Part shown: positions 20,568 through 32,100 of the stretch, piece by piece
How positions within the stretch are numbered: position 1 is the first letter of the stretch
How the letters are laid out: each line of letters begins with the position of its first letter
Virus record (IMG/VR): IMGVR_UViG_3300010367_000128
Location: 605-64,604 of that record
DNA: 64,000 bases
Strand: one strand, 5' to 3'
Origin: a virus
Taxonomy: Duplodnaviria > Caudoviricetes
The notes under the pieces: generated by a model
Seen by the model: only the letters and a program-made list of their open reading frames with translations
What the model was told of the DNA's origin: nothing
Databases searched by the model: none
Program-made: the position numbers and the translations under genes

Positions 20568-21742
20568 TGGCCGAGATTTGCGACCTGGTCGAAGCGGCGG
20601 TAGCCGGCGACAGCGCCATCGCCACCAGCGCGATCCAGCCGGCCAGCCTGGTTGTCTCCACGGCGGTGGCCGGCGAGACGCTGGCGCACACGGTCCTCCT
20701 GGCCCTGGACGATGCCTTGCTCGGCGAGGCCTCGGCCAGCGAAAGCGTCGGCATCCTCTTGGTCAGCGGCGGCACGATCGCCGCCTACGCGCTGCCCTCG
20801 GGCAGCGTGCGCGACCTGGCGCTGTCCCGTGCGGTGGCCAGCAGCCGGCTCCTGCCGATCGTCCTAGACCATGCGGACGACTACGCCATCGGCCAATCGG
20901 CCTACCTGGCTATGCCGATCGGCCAGTTGGTGACCTCGCAGGCGGTGGCCAGCAGCACGGTGCTTCCGCAGGCCACGGTGGGCACCCTGGCGGTCAGCGC
21001 CGGCCGGCTGGCGGACCAGGCGCTTTCCGCCCGGCTTATGCTCCTCGTCAGTGGCATGACGGGCGCCAGCGCGACGTGGGCGCAGGTCGAGCGCATCGAC
21101 CTGGCCGTGGCCAACGCGGTGGCCAGCGCCGTGGCCTTGCAGGCGCTCCAGCTGCACGACCTGGCCCGCAGTACCGGCGTGGTCGGCAGCACGACCGATG
21201 ACGTGCTGCACGCGATCAACCTGGCGATCAGCGACGCCTACGCCGTCGACAGCGTCATCGGCGAGCCGGTCGGTGGCGCGTGGACCGCCAACACCGACAC
21301 CCTGGCCATGAGCCGCTACGCGCATCTGCCGCTGCATGCCCTGGCCAGCGTTGGCGATCGCCTGCTCCTGGCCGGGCACGCCGGGGTGTACCGGCGCGGC
21401 GGGACCGACGACGACGGCGTGCCGATCGACGGCTACGTCCGCACCGGCCTGCACCGCTGGGGCACCAACGCGCTGTTCCGCGTGCAGCAGGTCTACGCCG
21501 GTTATACCGGCGGCGGCTTGCGCGTGCAGGTGGGTGAGACCAGCACGGGACAGGAAATCACCTACAGCTACGACATGCCCGCGCGCAGCAGCACGCCGAC
21601 CGCGCCCACCCATGGGCGGGTGAAACCCGGTGCGGGCATGCGCACCATGTACGCCCGATTGACCCTTCGCAACATCGACGGCGCGCCCCTGCGTGTCGTC
21701 GACGCGGACCTGACCACGTTCGACACGTCGAGGAAAACCTGA
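20567..21742 (+). CDS. Virion structural protein
   Basis: TGATG-coupled; Ala/Ser/Val repeats and C-terminal RVKPGAGMR..Y...TL.N. Confidence 0.7.
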   Translation: MAEICDLVEAAVAGDSAIATSAIQPASLVVSTAVAGETLAHTVLLALDDALLGEASASESVGILLVSGGTIAAYALPSGSVRDLALSRAVASSRLLPIVLDHADDYAIGQSAYLAMPIGQLVTSQAVASSTVLPQATVGTLAVSAGRLADQALSARLMLLVSGMTGASATWAQVERIDLAVANAVASAVALQALQLHDLARSTGVVGSTTDDVLHAINLAISDAYAVDSVIGEPVGGAWTANTDTLAMSRYAHLPLHALASVGDRLLLAGHAGVYRRGGTDDDGVPIDGYVRTGLHRWGTNALFRVQQVYAGYTGGGLRVQVGETSTGQEITYSYDMPARSSTPTAPTHGRVKPGAGMRTMYARLTLRNIDGAPLRVVDADLTTFDTSRKT

Positions 21743-23691
21743 TGGCTGGCGCACCCATTTCCCTCCCCGATCAGACCCCGCCGCCGTGGGTGTACGAGAC
21801 GCCGGCCAACGTGGTGATCGATCAGATCGGCAAGATGAGCGACCGCGCCAACAGCGCGTTGTCGCTCACCTACGACGCCATCCGCCAGCTGGGCGCGCTG
21901 ACCATCGATGGCGACAGCGCGGCCCCGCCGGAGCTGGCCTTCCCGGACATCACGCCGGTCAACATCACCCGCCCGGATCGGCCCAGCGCGGTCGCCCTGG
22001 GCACGGTCGATCCGTTCAACCTGCCCGTGTTCCAGGAATTCGCCGACCTCTACGCGCAACTGGACGCGATCACCAACGACCTGCCCGACCCAGGCGATTT
22101 CGAGCCCTCGATCGGCACCATCGTCATCCCCGCGCCGCCACCGCCGATCCAGCTGGGCGACAAGCCGGTCAAGCCGGAACTGGCCGACCTGGTCGTGCCG
22201 ACCGCGCCGGACATCACCTTGCCGGCGCTCGATCCGCTCCTGACGATCGACGTGCCGGACTTCGTCATGCCGGAGTTCCCGACCTTCGACGACCAGCCGG
22301 TCGAGTTCGACGGGCAGGTGCCGAACACCGCGATGGCGTGGACCGAGCCGACCTATGCGCCGGTCGTGCTCGATGACCTGGTGCGCGAGATCAAGCTGGC
22401 CCTGGGCGGCGGTACCGGCATCCACCCGGACGTCGAGGAGGCACTGTTCGCGCGCACCCGCGCCAAGGACGACGTGGCCGCGTTGAAGCGCACCCAGGAG
22501 GCGGTGGACACCTGGGCCGGGCGGGGCTTCGCGATGCCGCCGGGCATGCTCGTTGAGCAGGTGAACGCGGCCCAGCAGGACAACCAGCTGGCCGCCAACG
22601 ACCGCGCCAGCGACGTGCTGGCCAAGTCCGCGCAGTGGGAGATCGAGAACCTACGCAACGCGATCGTCCAGGGCATCGCCTTGGAAACCCAGCTGATGGG
22701 CCAGTTCAACAACGTGGCTCAGCGTAGCTTCGACATGGCGCGCACGCGGCGCGACGCCGACCTCCAGCTGTTCCAGGCGCAGATCTCCCTCTACAACGCG
22801 CGCCAGGCCGGTCGGCAGATGCTCGTGGAGGTGTTCAAGGCCAAGCTGCAAGCGGCGATGTCGCAGATCGACGCGTTCAAGTCGCTGGTCGAGGCTGAGC
22901 AGGTCAAGGCGCAGGTCAACGAGTCGGTGGTGCGCGCCTACAGCGCGAAGATCGACGCGTTGAAAGCGATCGTGGCGATCTTCCAGGCACGCATCGAGGC
23001 GGTGAAGGCCCAGGCCGACATCGAGCGCAACAAGGTCGATATCTTCAAGGCCGAAACCGATGCGTTCTCGGCCGGGATCGACGCGCAAAAAACCGTGTTC
23101 GAAGCCTACGAGGCGCAGGTGCGTGGCGAGGCGGCCAAGGGCTCGATCATCGAGTCCGAGGCGCGCGCGTTCGCCGCCACGGTGGAAGCGACCAGCGCCA
23201 ACGGCAACGTGAAGATCGCCGCGATCCGGGGCAAGATCGACGCCATCGGTGCGGCGGTGCAGAAATTCACCGCCTTGATCGGCGGCGAGCGCGACCGTGT
23301 CGGCGCCCAGGCCACGGCGATCCAGGCCAAGGCACAGGCGTTTTCCGCCGATGCAACCCGGTACAGCGCCGAGCTGGGCGCCAACACCGAGGAGGTGCGC
23401 CTGGCCATCACGCAGACCGAAAGCCGTCTACGCAACAACCTGGCCTATTACGAGACCCGCGTGCGCGAGTACGACCAGGCAATGAGCCGCCTGGTGGAAC
23501 GCGCGCGGGTGATCGTCGCGGCCCTGTCGGCCGGCGGCAACATGGCCGCGCAGCTGGCCAGCGGCGCGATGTCGGCCATGCACGTCCAAGCCAGCCTGTC
23601 CGGGTCGGGCAGCGCCAGCACCTCGTGGAGCAGTGGGTACAGCTACTCCGAATCGCACAATTTCGAAGACGAAAGCACCAGCCACGAATAA
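21742..23691 (+). CDS. Virion protein with long coiled coil (probable internal/ejection protein)
   Basis: Pro-rich N half, WAGRGFAMPPG, long Ala/Gln helix. Confidence 0.7.
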   Translation: MAGAPISLPDQTPPPWVYETPANVVIDQIGKMSDRANSALSLTYDAIRQLGALTIDGDSAAPPELAFPDITPVNITRPDRPSAVALGTVDPFNLPVFQEFADLYAQLDAITNDLPDPGDFEPSIGTIVIPAPPPPIQLGDKPVKPELADLVVPTAPDITLPALDPLLTIDVPDFVMPEFPTFDDQPVEFDGQVPNTAMAWTEPTYAPVVLDDLVREIKLALGGGTGIHPDVEEALFARTRAKDDVAALKRTQEAVDTWAGRGFAMPPGMLVEQVNAAQQDNQLAANDRASDVLAKSAQWEIENLRNAIVQGIALETQLMGQFNNVAQRSFDMARTRRDADLQLFQAQISLYNARQAGRQMLVEVFKAKLQAAMSQIDAFKSLVEAEQVKAQVNESVVRAYSAKIDALKAIVAIFQARIEAVKAQADIERNKVDIFKAETDAFSAGIDAQKTVFEAYEAQVRGEAAKGSIIESEARAFAATVEATSANGNVKIAAIRGKIDAIGAAVQKFTALIGGERDRVGAQATAIQAKAQAFSADATRYSAELGANTEEVRLAITQTESRLRNNLAYYETRVREYDQAMSRLVERARVIVAALSAGGNMAAQLASGAMSAMHVQASLSGSGSASTSWSSGYSYSESHNFEDESTSHE

Positions 23692-23701
23692 GGGGGCCGC
23701 C

Positions 23702-26101
23702 ATGGCTACGCAGCAGGACATCGACAAGCTCAACCGCCGCGCATCCACGGCCGTGGACGGCACCGCGCCCATCGGCGACGCCGCGCAGGCCGCCGCCCGC
23801 GCCACGCAACCGCGCTCGATCGACGCGGCCGTGCCGGGCAACGTGGCCAACACGCTGGCTTCGCCGCCGCTGCGCCTGAGCCAGCAGCGTCCGGCCGACT
23901 TCATCGCCGACAGCGCGGGCAACGTGCAGGCGAACACGCCCTCGGCGGGCTGGACGACCCAGCCGGGGGCGAGCGCGCCGAGCGCCGCCCAGCGCATGGC
24001 CAGCACCGCGCCGACGGCGCCCAACCTCCAGGTCACGCCGGGGGCGACCAACCCGAACGTGATCGATCCGGTGCCGCCGACCCGCGCCACCGTGGTACGT
24101 CCCCCGGCCGGTGGCGGCGCGGGCCTGGCCCTGGAGCCCACGCCGGCCCCGGTCGCCGCGCCTGCCGCGCCGCTGGCGCTGCCCAAGCCGACCCTGGTAG
24201 TCGGTGCCGACGGGGTGGCGATGAACACGCAGGCGGCCAACGCCCGCGCCCAGCTGGGGGCGACGCCGGACATCGTGCGCGCGCAGCAGGCCCACCCGGC
24301 GTTCACCGACCCGGCCGCGCCGCCTCCAGCAGCAGCGCCCCCGGCACCTGCCCCGGCATTCAATCGCCCCGGTACCGGCGGCCCGCTGGTTGATCAGATG
24401 GGCAATATCAGCGCCGAGGACTTCGCCCGCCGCACCGCCGCCGCGCGCGCCGCGCCAGTCGGCCCGATCCCCGGTGCGGTCAACCCCGAGGGCGTGGCCA
24501 ACGCCACGGCCAGTGCCGCCGAGACCCTGGCCGGCGCCCCGAAGCCATCGCTGGCCTACCGCGCCGGCTCGGCGGTAGCGGACGTGCCCGGGGCGCTGGG
24601 CAAGGCCGCCCGATTTGGCGCGGCGCCCGTGGAGACCGTGCCCGGCCGCTTCGGTACCGCGCGGACGGCGCCCGGCCAGAACGGCGGTGCGGCCACCGTG
24701 CTGGCGCTCACCGCGCTGGGCGGCGCGGCGCAGTCGGCCAACCGCAGCACCGAGGATTACCGCACGCGGCTGGGCATGGACCCGGTCGGCGGCGTTGGCG
24801 GCGACATCGTCGCGCGCACGGCCGGCGTGCTGTCGGACTTCGGCGCGAACCTGTTGGACGTCCCGGTCGGCCTGGCCAACGCCACCGGATTGACCGATAT
24901 CCGGCCGTTCGGCTCGATGTTCAACGACACGGCCGGCAACTACAAACCGAACTACGCCACCGACAAGGGCGGCTTGGCCGTGCGCCCGGACGCGGAGCAG
25001 GAGAAGCAGAACGCCGGCTGGTACGAGCAGCAGGCGGCCAACCTGCAACGCGATTTCGAGCAGCGCGCGGCGGCGGCGCGGGCGACGGCGGGCACGCCCG
25101 ACGCCACCACGGCGGCCTCGCCCTCGGCCACCACCACGCCAGCGGCGACCGGCGCAGCTCCGGCCCCGTCCGCCGCCACCCAGCTCGCCAGCCTTCCGGC
25201 CACCGCGCCGGTCGCGCCCGCTGCGATGCCGGCCGTGCCGCTCACCCCGGAACAGGCGCAGGCCAGCAACGTGGCCGGCACGGCGGTGATCAACGGGCGC
25301 ATGGTCGCTCCCGACGAGATCGCGCGCCTGGCCAACCGCAACGTTGTCTCCAGCCAGGCGTTCACCAACCCGGCCGTGGGCACCTTGTTCTCCGAGGCCA
25401 ACGGCGGGCGGACGCCGACCACCGAGGAAGCGCTGGCCCTGCGCGAGCGGATGAACGGCGGCAACGCGGCCTCGATGCTGGCCCAGGCCCCCGGCCAGAT
25501 CGTCATCCCCGGTAGTGGCTCCAGCGGCGGCGGGATCGGTGGGCGCAACCCCGGTGCCGACCGCACGGCTACCGTGAACAAGCTGATGAGCGACATTTCG
25601 AGCGCCCTCGGCAGCGGCAAGCGGCGCACCGCGCGCGAGCTGATCGGTCAGCTGTCGGCGTACAACCAGGTCGGCAACACCGACGCCAACCTGGCCGACG
25701 CCCGCAGCGGGCGCAATGGCGCGGCAGCGGCGAAGGCGCCGAAAACGCCGGTCGAGCAAGCGCTGGAGCTGGCCCAGCTCCAGGAGGCTTCCGGTCGTGC
25801 GGAAGGCACGCAGCTCTCCAACGCGCAAGCCAAGCTGTCCCAGCAGCTCCAGCAGGCGGTGATCGACGCGACCACGCCGGCCGCGCGCAAGGCGGCCACC
25901 GAGAAGCTGGCCGCGCTGTCTGGAAAAGAGCCGCCGAAGCGGAATTTGAGTAACATCCGCGTACCGATCGGCGACGGGCTCGATGCGCGTAACCTTGAGC
26001 TGCCGATCGACACCGAAACGGGCCAGTTCGTGATCCCCGATGGGTTCATGGACTTGGTTAAACCGCCTGCGAAACAAGGGCAGGCCAGCGCGAAAAACTA
26101 G
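23702..26101 (+). CDS. Putative ejection/internal virion protein
   Basis: Ala/Pro/Gly-rich low-complexity protein before the giant gene; AAGGGG RBS. Confidence 0.65.
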   Translation: MATQQDIDKLNRRASTAVDGTAPIGDAAQAAARATQPRSIDAAVPGNVANTLASPPLRLSQQRPADFIADSAGNVQANTPSAGWTTQPGASAPSAAQRMASTAPTAPNLQVTPGATNPNVIDPVPPTRATVVRPPAGGGAGLALEPTPAPVAAPAAPLALPKPTLVVGADGVAMNTQAANARAQLGATPDIVRAQQAHPAFTDPAAPPPAAAPPAPAPAFNRPGTGGPLVDQMGNISAEDFARRTAAARAAPVGPIPGAVNPEGVANATASAAETLAGAPKPSLAYRAGSAVADVPGALGKAARFGAAPVETVPGRFGTARTAPGQNGGAATVLALTALGGAAQSANRSTEDYRTRLGMDPVGGVGGDIVARTAGVLSDFGANLLDVPVGLANATGLTDIRPFGSMFNDTAGNYKPNYATDKGGLAVRPDAEQEKQNAGWYEQQAANLQRDFEQRAAAARATAGTPDATTAASPSATTTPAATGAAPAPSAATQLASLPATAPVAPAAMPAVPLTPEQAQASNVAGTAVINGRMVAPDEIARLANRNVVSSQAFTNPAVGTLFSEANGGRTPTTEEALALRERMNGGNAASMLAQAPGQIVIPGSGSSGGGIGGRNPGADRTATVNKLMSDISSALGSGKRRTARELIGQLSAYNQVGNTDANLADARSGRNGAAAAKAPKTPVEQALELAQLQEASGRAEGTQLSNAQAKLSQQLQQAVIDATTPAARKAATEKLAALSGKEPPKRNLSNIRVPIGDGLDARNLELPIDTETGQFVIPDGFMDLVKPPAKQGQASAKN

Positions 26102-26112
26102 GGGAATGACCG

Positions 26113-29100
26113 ATGGCGCGTGATCCGAACGTTGACCGACTGATTGCCGCGCTATCGACGCCTCCCCCGCCGGAAGACACGCCGAAGGTGCAGGCCTCCG
26201 ACTTCGGCAAGCAGCTCGGCAGCGGCGCCCTCCAAGCCGTCGGCTACGGCCTGGAGGGCGTCGGTCAAGCGATCAACGCCCCGTCCAATGGCAACGGCCA
26301 GCAACCGCTCGTCGATGCCTCGCCGATCACCGCGCTGGGCCGACGCATCGCGGCCAAGGGGACCGAGGTAGGCAAGTCGGTCTCGCCCACCGCCGCGCAG
26401 CGCATGGCGGCGTCGACGCCCGACGGCACGTTCACCGATCCGTCGTCGTGGACGCTGGGCAGCGATCCCAGCGTCAGCGGCTACGCGCTCCAGGCGGCCA
26501 ATGTGCTGGGCCAGGTGGCGCCGGTCGCCGCCACCGCGTTGGCCACGCGCGGGCGCATCCTGCCCACGGCCGGTGTCTCGGCGGCCTTGGGCGGTGGCGC
26601 CGCCGCCGGTCAGGAGGAGGACCGGATCAACGCGATGCCCGCCGAGCAGCTGGCCACGCTGCCGGCCTACCAGGACGCCATTGCGCGTGGCATGTCCCCC
26701 GCCGCCGCGCGCGATCGCCTGGCCAGCCGGGCCGGGCAGACCGCGTTCGCGCAGACCGCGCCCGTGTCGGCGCTGTCCGGCCTCACCGAGGGCTTGCCGA
26801 TCACCGGCCAGTTCCAGAACGCCTTGGGCAAGGTGGTGGGGACCTCGCGCGTGGCCCGCGCGGTGGCCGGTGGCGTCACCGATGCCATCGCCGAAGGTAG
26901 CCAAGAGGCGCTGGAGAACGCGGCCGAGATCAGCGGTGCGAACACCGCCACGGGCGAGGACCGCTCGCTCCAGGAGGGCGGCGTGCAGAACGCCGTGCTG
27001 GGCGCGGTGGGTGGTGCCGCTGTCGGTACCGCTGGTGGCCTTATACACAACGGTCACGGCGCCCCCGTATCCTCGGACACCCCGGTCGCCGCCCCTGCCT
27101 CCGCGCCGGGCGAAGCCCCGGCCGCCCCACCCAAGCCGGCCGCCGTCAGCGCGCCGTACCAGGCTGGCGCGGTCAACCCGCTGACCGGCGATATCAATGT
27201 CGCCCCGGGCGTCAACGTCAACCCGAACGACGGTCCGCTGTCCAAGGCGCTCGGGACCGGCGCCGTGGTCGGGGCCATGGACCGCCCCGCCATGGTGACG
27301 ATGGACGACGGCAGCGTCGTCCATGGCGAGACCGGCGAGGTCTTGACCGGGCCGTCCGAGCAGATCGCCCAGCAGCGCGAAGCCGACGCCAAGCAGGCCA
27401 AGGCCGCCGCCAAGACGGCCGAGGCGCCTGCCCCGTCGCAAACCGAATCCAGCAACGAGCTGGCCCTGGATCTCCCACCGGCACCGGCCCCTGGCACTGC
27501 CGTGGAAAATGCCCCGGCATCACCCGTGGCAAATGCCGAGGCAACGCCAACGCCAACGCCAACGGTGACCGAACCGGACACGACAACCGCCAGCGTGCCG
27601 TTCTTCATCACCATGGCCCAGCGTGCCGAGCTGCGCGCGCGCGGGGTCGACAACGATGCCATTCGACGGATGACCCCGGCCGAGGCCCAGCAACGCTTGG
27701 CCCAACCCGCGCCAGTCACGGCGGATATTTCTGGATTGAATAAGCGTCAGTTGACGGCGCAGGCTCTCACGGTTGAGCAGGAACAGGCGAAGCGCATCGA
27801 CCTCCTTGGTGACGAGGCAAAGCTCACTGCGTATGCAGCGGATAAGGGCGTTTCCGTTGATGAAATGCGAGCTACCCTCCAAGCCAACCATCAGGTGAAT
27901 ACCGCGCGTCTGGATCAGCTCAATAAAGCCCTGGCAACAGCTCCCGACGACCCGGTGAAGCCCGTCACCTCTTGGAAGGACGTCCCCGCGAACCAACAGG
28001 CCCTTGATGCCGCCGTGGCCGAGGCCTATGCCCAGCGCGGCGTGCTCGACGCGCAGGCGACCGGCGCCCTGGCCAAGCGGCTCGGGGTGACCCGTCAGGA
28101 GGTCGCCGAGGCGAAGAAGCGCGTTTCCGGCACGGCCCCGGCGGAGGCCACGCCGGCCTCGGCCACGACTTACCCGACCGTCATCGCCGCCAATCGCGCG
28201 CGCCGAGCGATGGCCGATCCCAATACCTTCGTGGTTGCCCAAACCGGCCCGAAGGCCTACGAGCTGCGCCCTGTCGGCGCGGCGGAATCTACGAGCCAGG
28301 AGAACAGTAATGGCAACGAAGAAGCCAAGCCCGTTCGGCGGGAAGGTGGTCAGCAAGTCGGTCCCAATGCCGGCGAAAATGCGCCAGGCAATGAACGGCA
28401 AGCCGGCAGCGAGGAAGGCGGCACCGCCGTCCAAGGTGGTCCAGCGCCGGACGCCGGTAGCGCGACCGGCAGCGGCGGGAGCGGGAGCGATTCCGGCGAT
28501 GCCGTTGCAGCCGTCGGCGAAGCTGGGCGGGGGCGTGGCGGTGCCGACGAAAACGCCCGTGGCGGCAGCGGCACCGAAACTGCGGACCTCGGGCGGGCAG
28601 TCGAAGATGGGCGGCAAGGCCAAGCCGTCGCCGATGGCGGCACGGGCCGCGAAGATGCTCTCCAGCCGACCGAAGTAAACGAGAGCGGCGAGCTGTTGGA
28701 TGGGGATATCACCACGCCCAGCGGCTCGCCGTTCACCATCCGCGACGCGGCCGAGAAGACCGCCGCGCGTCACCCTGGCCACAGCGTGGTCGAGCTGGAG
28801 GACGGCGGCTACGTCGTCCGTGAAGGAGTGCGAAATGAGCAAGCCCCTGCTAACGAGGAGCCCGTTTCTGGACGAGCTGGTCCTGATGGAAAAGCTAGCC
28901 GAGCCAATGAAGGAACAGAGGAACGCGCTGGCGCGAGCGTTTCCGATGGAGCCGTGGCCGGAGAGCCCGCCGGAGCCGTTGAAACTCCAGCATCTAGCGA
29001 CAAGTTACCCGCTCGTGGTGAAACGCCCGTAGCCACCAACCCCGATGAAGCGCTGGCCAAGGCCCGCAATGGTGACCCGCTTGCGCCGAAAGAACAGAGG

Positions 29101-32100
29101 CTCCTCGCCCGCCGCAAGGTGATCGAGAAGCTGGACGCGGCGAAGCTCTATTCCGATATCAGCGGTGCCAGCAAGTCCGCCGCGACCAAGGCGATCAACG
29201 CCATGGAAACGGCGAAGGACCGCAGCGGGGGCGTGCTCAAGGACGGCCTGCGTGACGTGGCGGCGGTGATCGAGGCCGCGCAAAAGGCCATCCCGAAGGG
29301 AGCCAGCGCGAGCGAACAGACCGTGGACGGTATCAACGCCGTGATGGAGACGTTGAGTAAGAAAAAGCCGAAGCCGAAGGCGGACGCAGTGCCCGCGCCC
29401 GGCAAGGGCGAGGGCGTCAACGAGAACCGCGCCGACCAGCCGGCCTTGTTCAGCAAGAACACCGCCAGCACGCCGACCGCTCGCACGCTCGATCCCGAGC
29501 GCGTCACCGCGCAGGTGACGAAGATCACCTCGGCCTGGAAGAACGCGCCGCTGGTGCGCGTGGTGGCCACCGCCGCCGAGCTGCCGGCGCACATCCGCGT
29601 GGCGGCCGGGTTCGACGCCAGCGTCGAGGCCGCGCACGAGAACGGCGCGATCTACATGATCGCGGACAGGTTCAGCACGCCGGCCCGCGTGCAGCAGGTG
29701 CTTGCGCACGAGGCGATCGGCCACTACGGCGTCGAGCAGATCCTCGGCCCGCAGGGCTTCCGCAACGTCCGCGACCAGCTGATCGTCGCGCGCGACGCCG
29801 GCCGGCTCAAGGAGCTGTTCGCCGAGATCGATAGCCGGTACGGCACCCTGGACAACGACACGCTGGCGTCCGAAGCGCTGGCGGTGATGGCCGAGCGAGG
29901 CACGCGCACGCCGCTGCTTGGCCGCGCCCTGAACGCCTTGCGCGCATTCCTGCGCTCGCTGGGCTTCACCATCACGTTCAGCGAGGGCGACCTGCGCCAC
30001 ATCCTGGCCAACGCCGGCAAGTGGTTGGAGTCCGGCCGCGCGCGCCCGCTGGTCAAGTTGCGCGAGGAGGCCTCGTTCGCCTCGGGCGAGACCTCGGCCG
30101 GCGATCCGGAGTCGAACGATTCGCCCTTCGACGAAGGCTGGTGGGCCAGCGTGCCCAACCGGGGCGACAGCGCGGTGGTCGCCGACGCACGTCGGCAGTG
30201 GGCCGAGAAGGGCACCGAGAGTCCGTACTTCAAGGAATGGTTCGGCAACAGCCAGGCCAAGACCAAGGCGGGCAAGCCGGTGACGTTCTACCACGCCACC
30301 AACGGCGATTTCTCCGTGTTCGACACGACCAAGGCAGGCACCTCAACCGGCTACGCCGCGTCTGGCCTGGGCATCTTCCTCACGCCCAACCAAGACACCG
30401 CCAGCCGCTACGGCGATCGCGTCATGCAGCTCTACGTGAAGGCGGAAAAGCCCTACCGCATGGGCGTCGACGAACTGTCCAGTTTCGAGACCGTCGGCGA
30501 TGCACGGCGACGCCAGCAGGAACTCGCCGCGCAGGGCTATGACAGCATTTTTGTGCCGGCGGACAAGACGCTGATCGCCTTTGGCGCCGACCAGGTGAAA
30601 AGCGCCACCAGCAACCGGGGCACGTTCAGCGCGGCCACCCCGGATATCAATTTCAGCAAGTACGAAAAACCGGCGCCGGAGTTCGTACCCGATGGAAAGC
30701 AGACCGAGACGAAGGCCTTCAAGGAGTGGTTTGGCGAGTCGAAGGTGACCAACGAGGACGGTACACCAAAGGCGGTTTTTCACGGCAGCACGGCAAATAT
30801 CGAATCGTTTAAGGGTCCAGCTTACTTCAGCGAAGACCCGACCGAAGCCAGTGCCTACACCTTCGCCAGTCGGCTGGCGAAGCGTGAAAAGGCGCTGGCA
30901 AACAGCAAGTACAAAACTGCCAAGGGTGCGGAAAAGTACGCCGGACAGCGGGTGGATTACACCGGGATCGTCGATGATGACAATTCGGTAGGTAAGCCGT
31001 TCGCCACTGACCAGGGCGTGGTTATCCGTAATGCCGACGGCACGATCACCGCTTTCACGGACCTGGTGGGCGATAAAAAGACGTTCAATCTCCAGGACAT
31101 GACCATCGAGCTAAAGCGTGGTGACGGCAGGAAGGCCGCGCGGAAGCTGGTCACGGATTACCGCGAACACATCGATGATCGCTTTCCGCCCGGCAAGGGC
31201 GTCAATGGCAACGTCACGCCGGTGTATCTGGCCATCGAGAACCCGATGGAAATGCATCCACACGTCGCCAACCGATTCGGCGCCCGGCTTGGCGGAACCA
31301 GCGAGGAGTGGGCGGCCACCGTCGCCGACTTGGAAGCCAAGGGCTACGACGGCATTTCGACGATCAGCGACGATCCAGGTGCGCCATATGGGACGAAACA
31401 GTGGATTCCTTTGCGCCCCGAGCAGATCAAATCGGCGGTAGGGAATAACGGAGCTTTTAGCAAGGCTGACGAGCGCATCACCTTCAGCAAGAACCCCGCC
31501 GCCGCGCTCAACGACGATATCGAGAAGGCCGCCAAGTTCAAGGTGACCGACATCGTCGACACGCTGCGCGACAAACGCGAGGACTGGCGCCCGAACTGGT
31601 TGGGCATGCTCACCCTGCGTCAGCTGGGCGAGGTGGCCGCGCCGTACCTGCCGAAGATCGGCGCCTACACCGACACCGTGCAGACCATGCAGACCCGCCG
31701 CAACCAGCTCCAGGAGAGTGCGGCGAAGACCGCCGACAAGTGGTGGCAGTGGCAGCGCAAGAACCGCGAGGCGGGACAGGCGATGGCCGAGGTGATGCAC
31801 GATGCGACGCTGTCGGGCGTCGACCCGGCGGAACCGTTCCGCCCCGGCAGCGTGACCCTGGCCGGCGGGATCACCGTGCCGATGACCGAGGCGGCGGTGG
31901 CCAAGGAGGTACGCAGCCTGGAAGCCAAGGCAGCGAACGCGCCCAAGCAGGTGAAAAGCCTGTTGCAGGCCGACATCACGCGGCTCCAGGAGGCGCTGGC
32001 GCAGGAAGCGGGCCGGCGTCAGGCGTACCCGGAACTCAAGCAGCGCTATGACGCGCTGCCCGAGGGTGCGAAGGCCATCTATACCGAGGTGCGCGATGCA

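Noticed and set aside
24325-24365. CCCCGGCA twice at 12-bp spacing
   Set aside because: Only two units, explained by Pro-Ala codons
23408-26077. 889-aa minus-strand ORF, and similar ones at 2719-4128, 6549-7856 and 31111-33063
   Set aside because: Stop-poor antisense frames expected at high GC3; no recognisable domains
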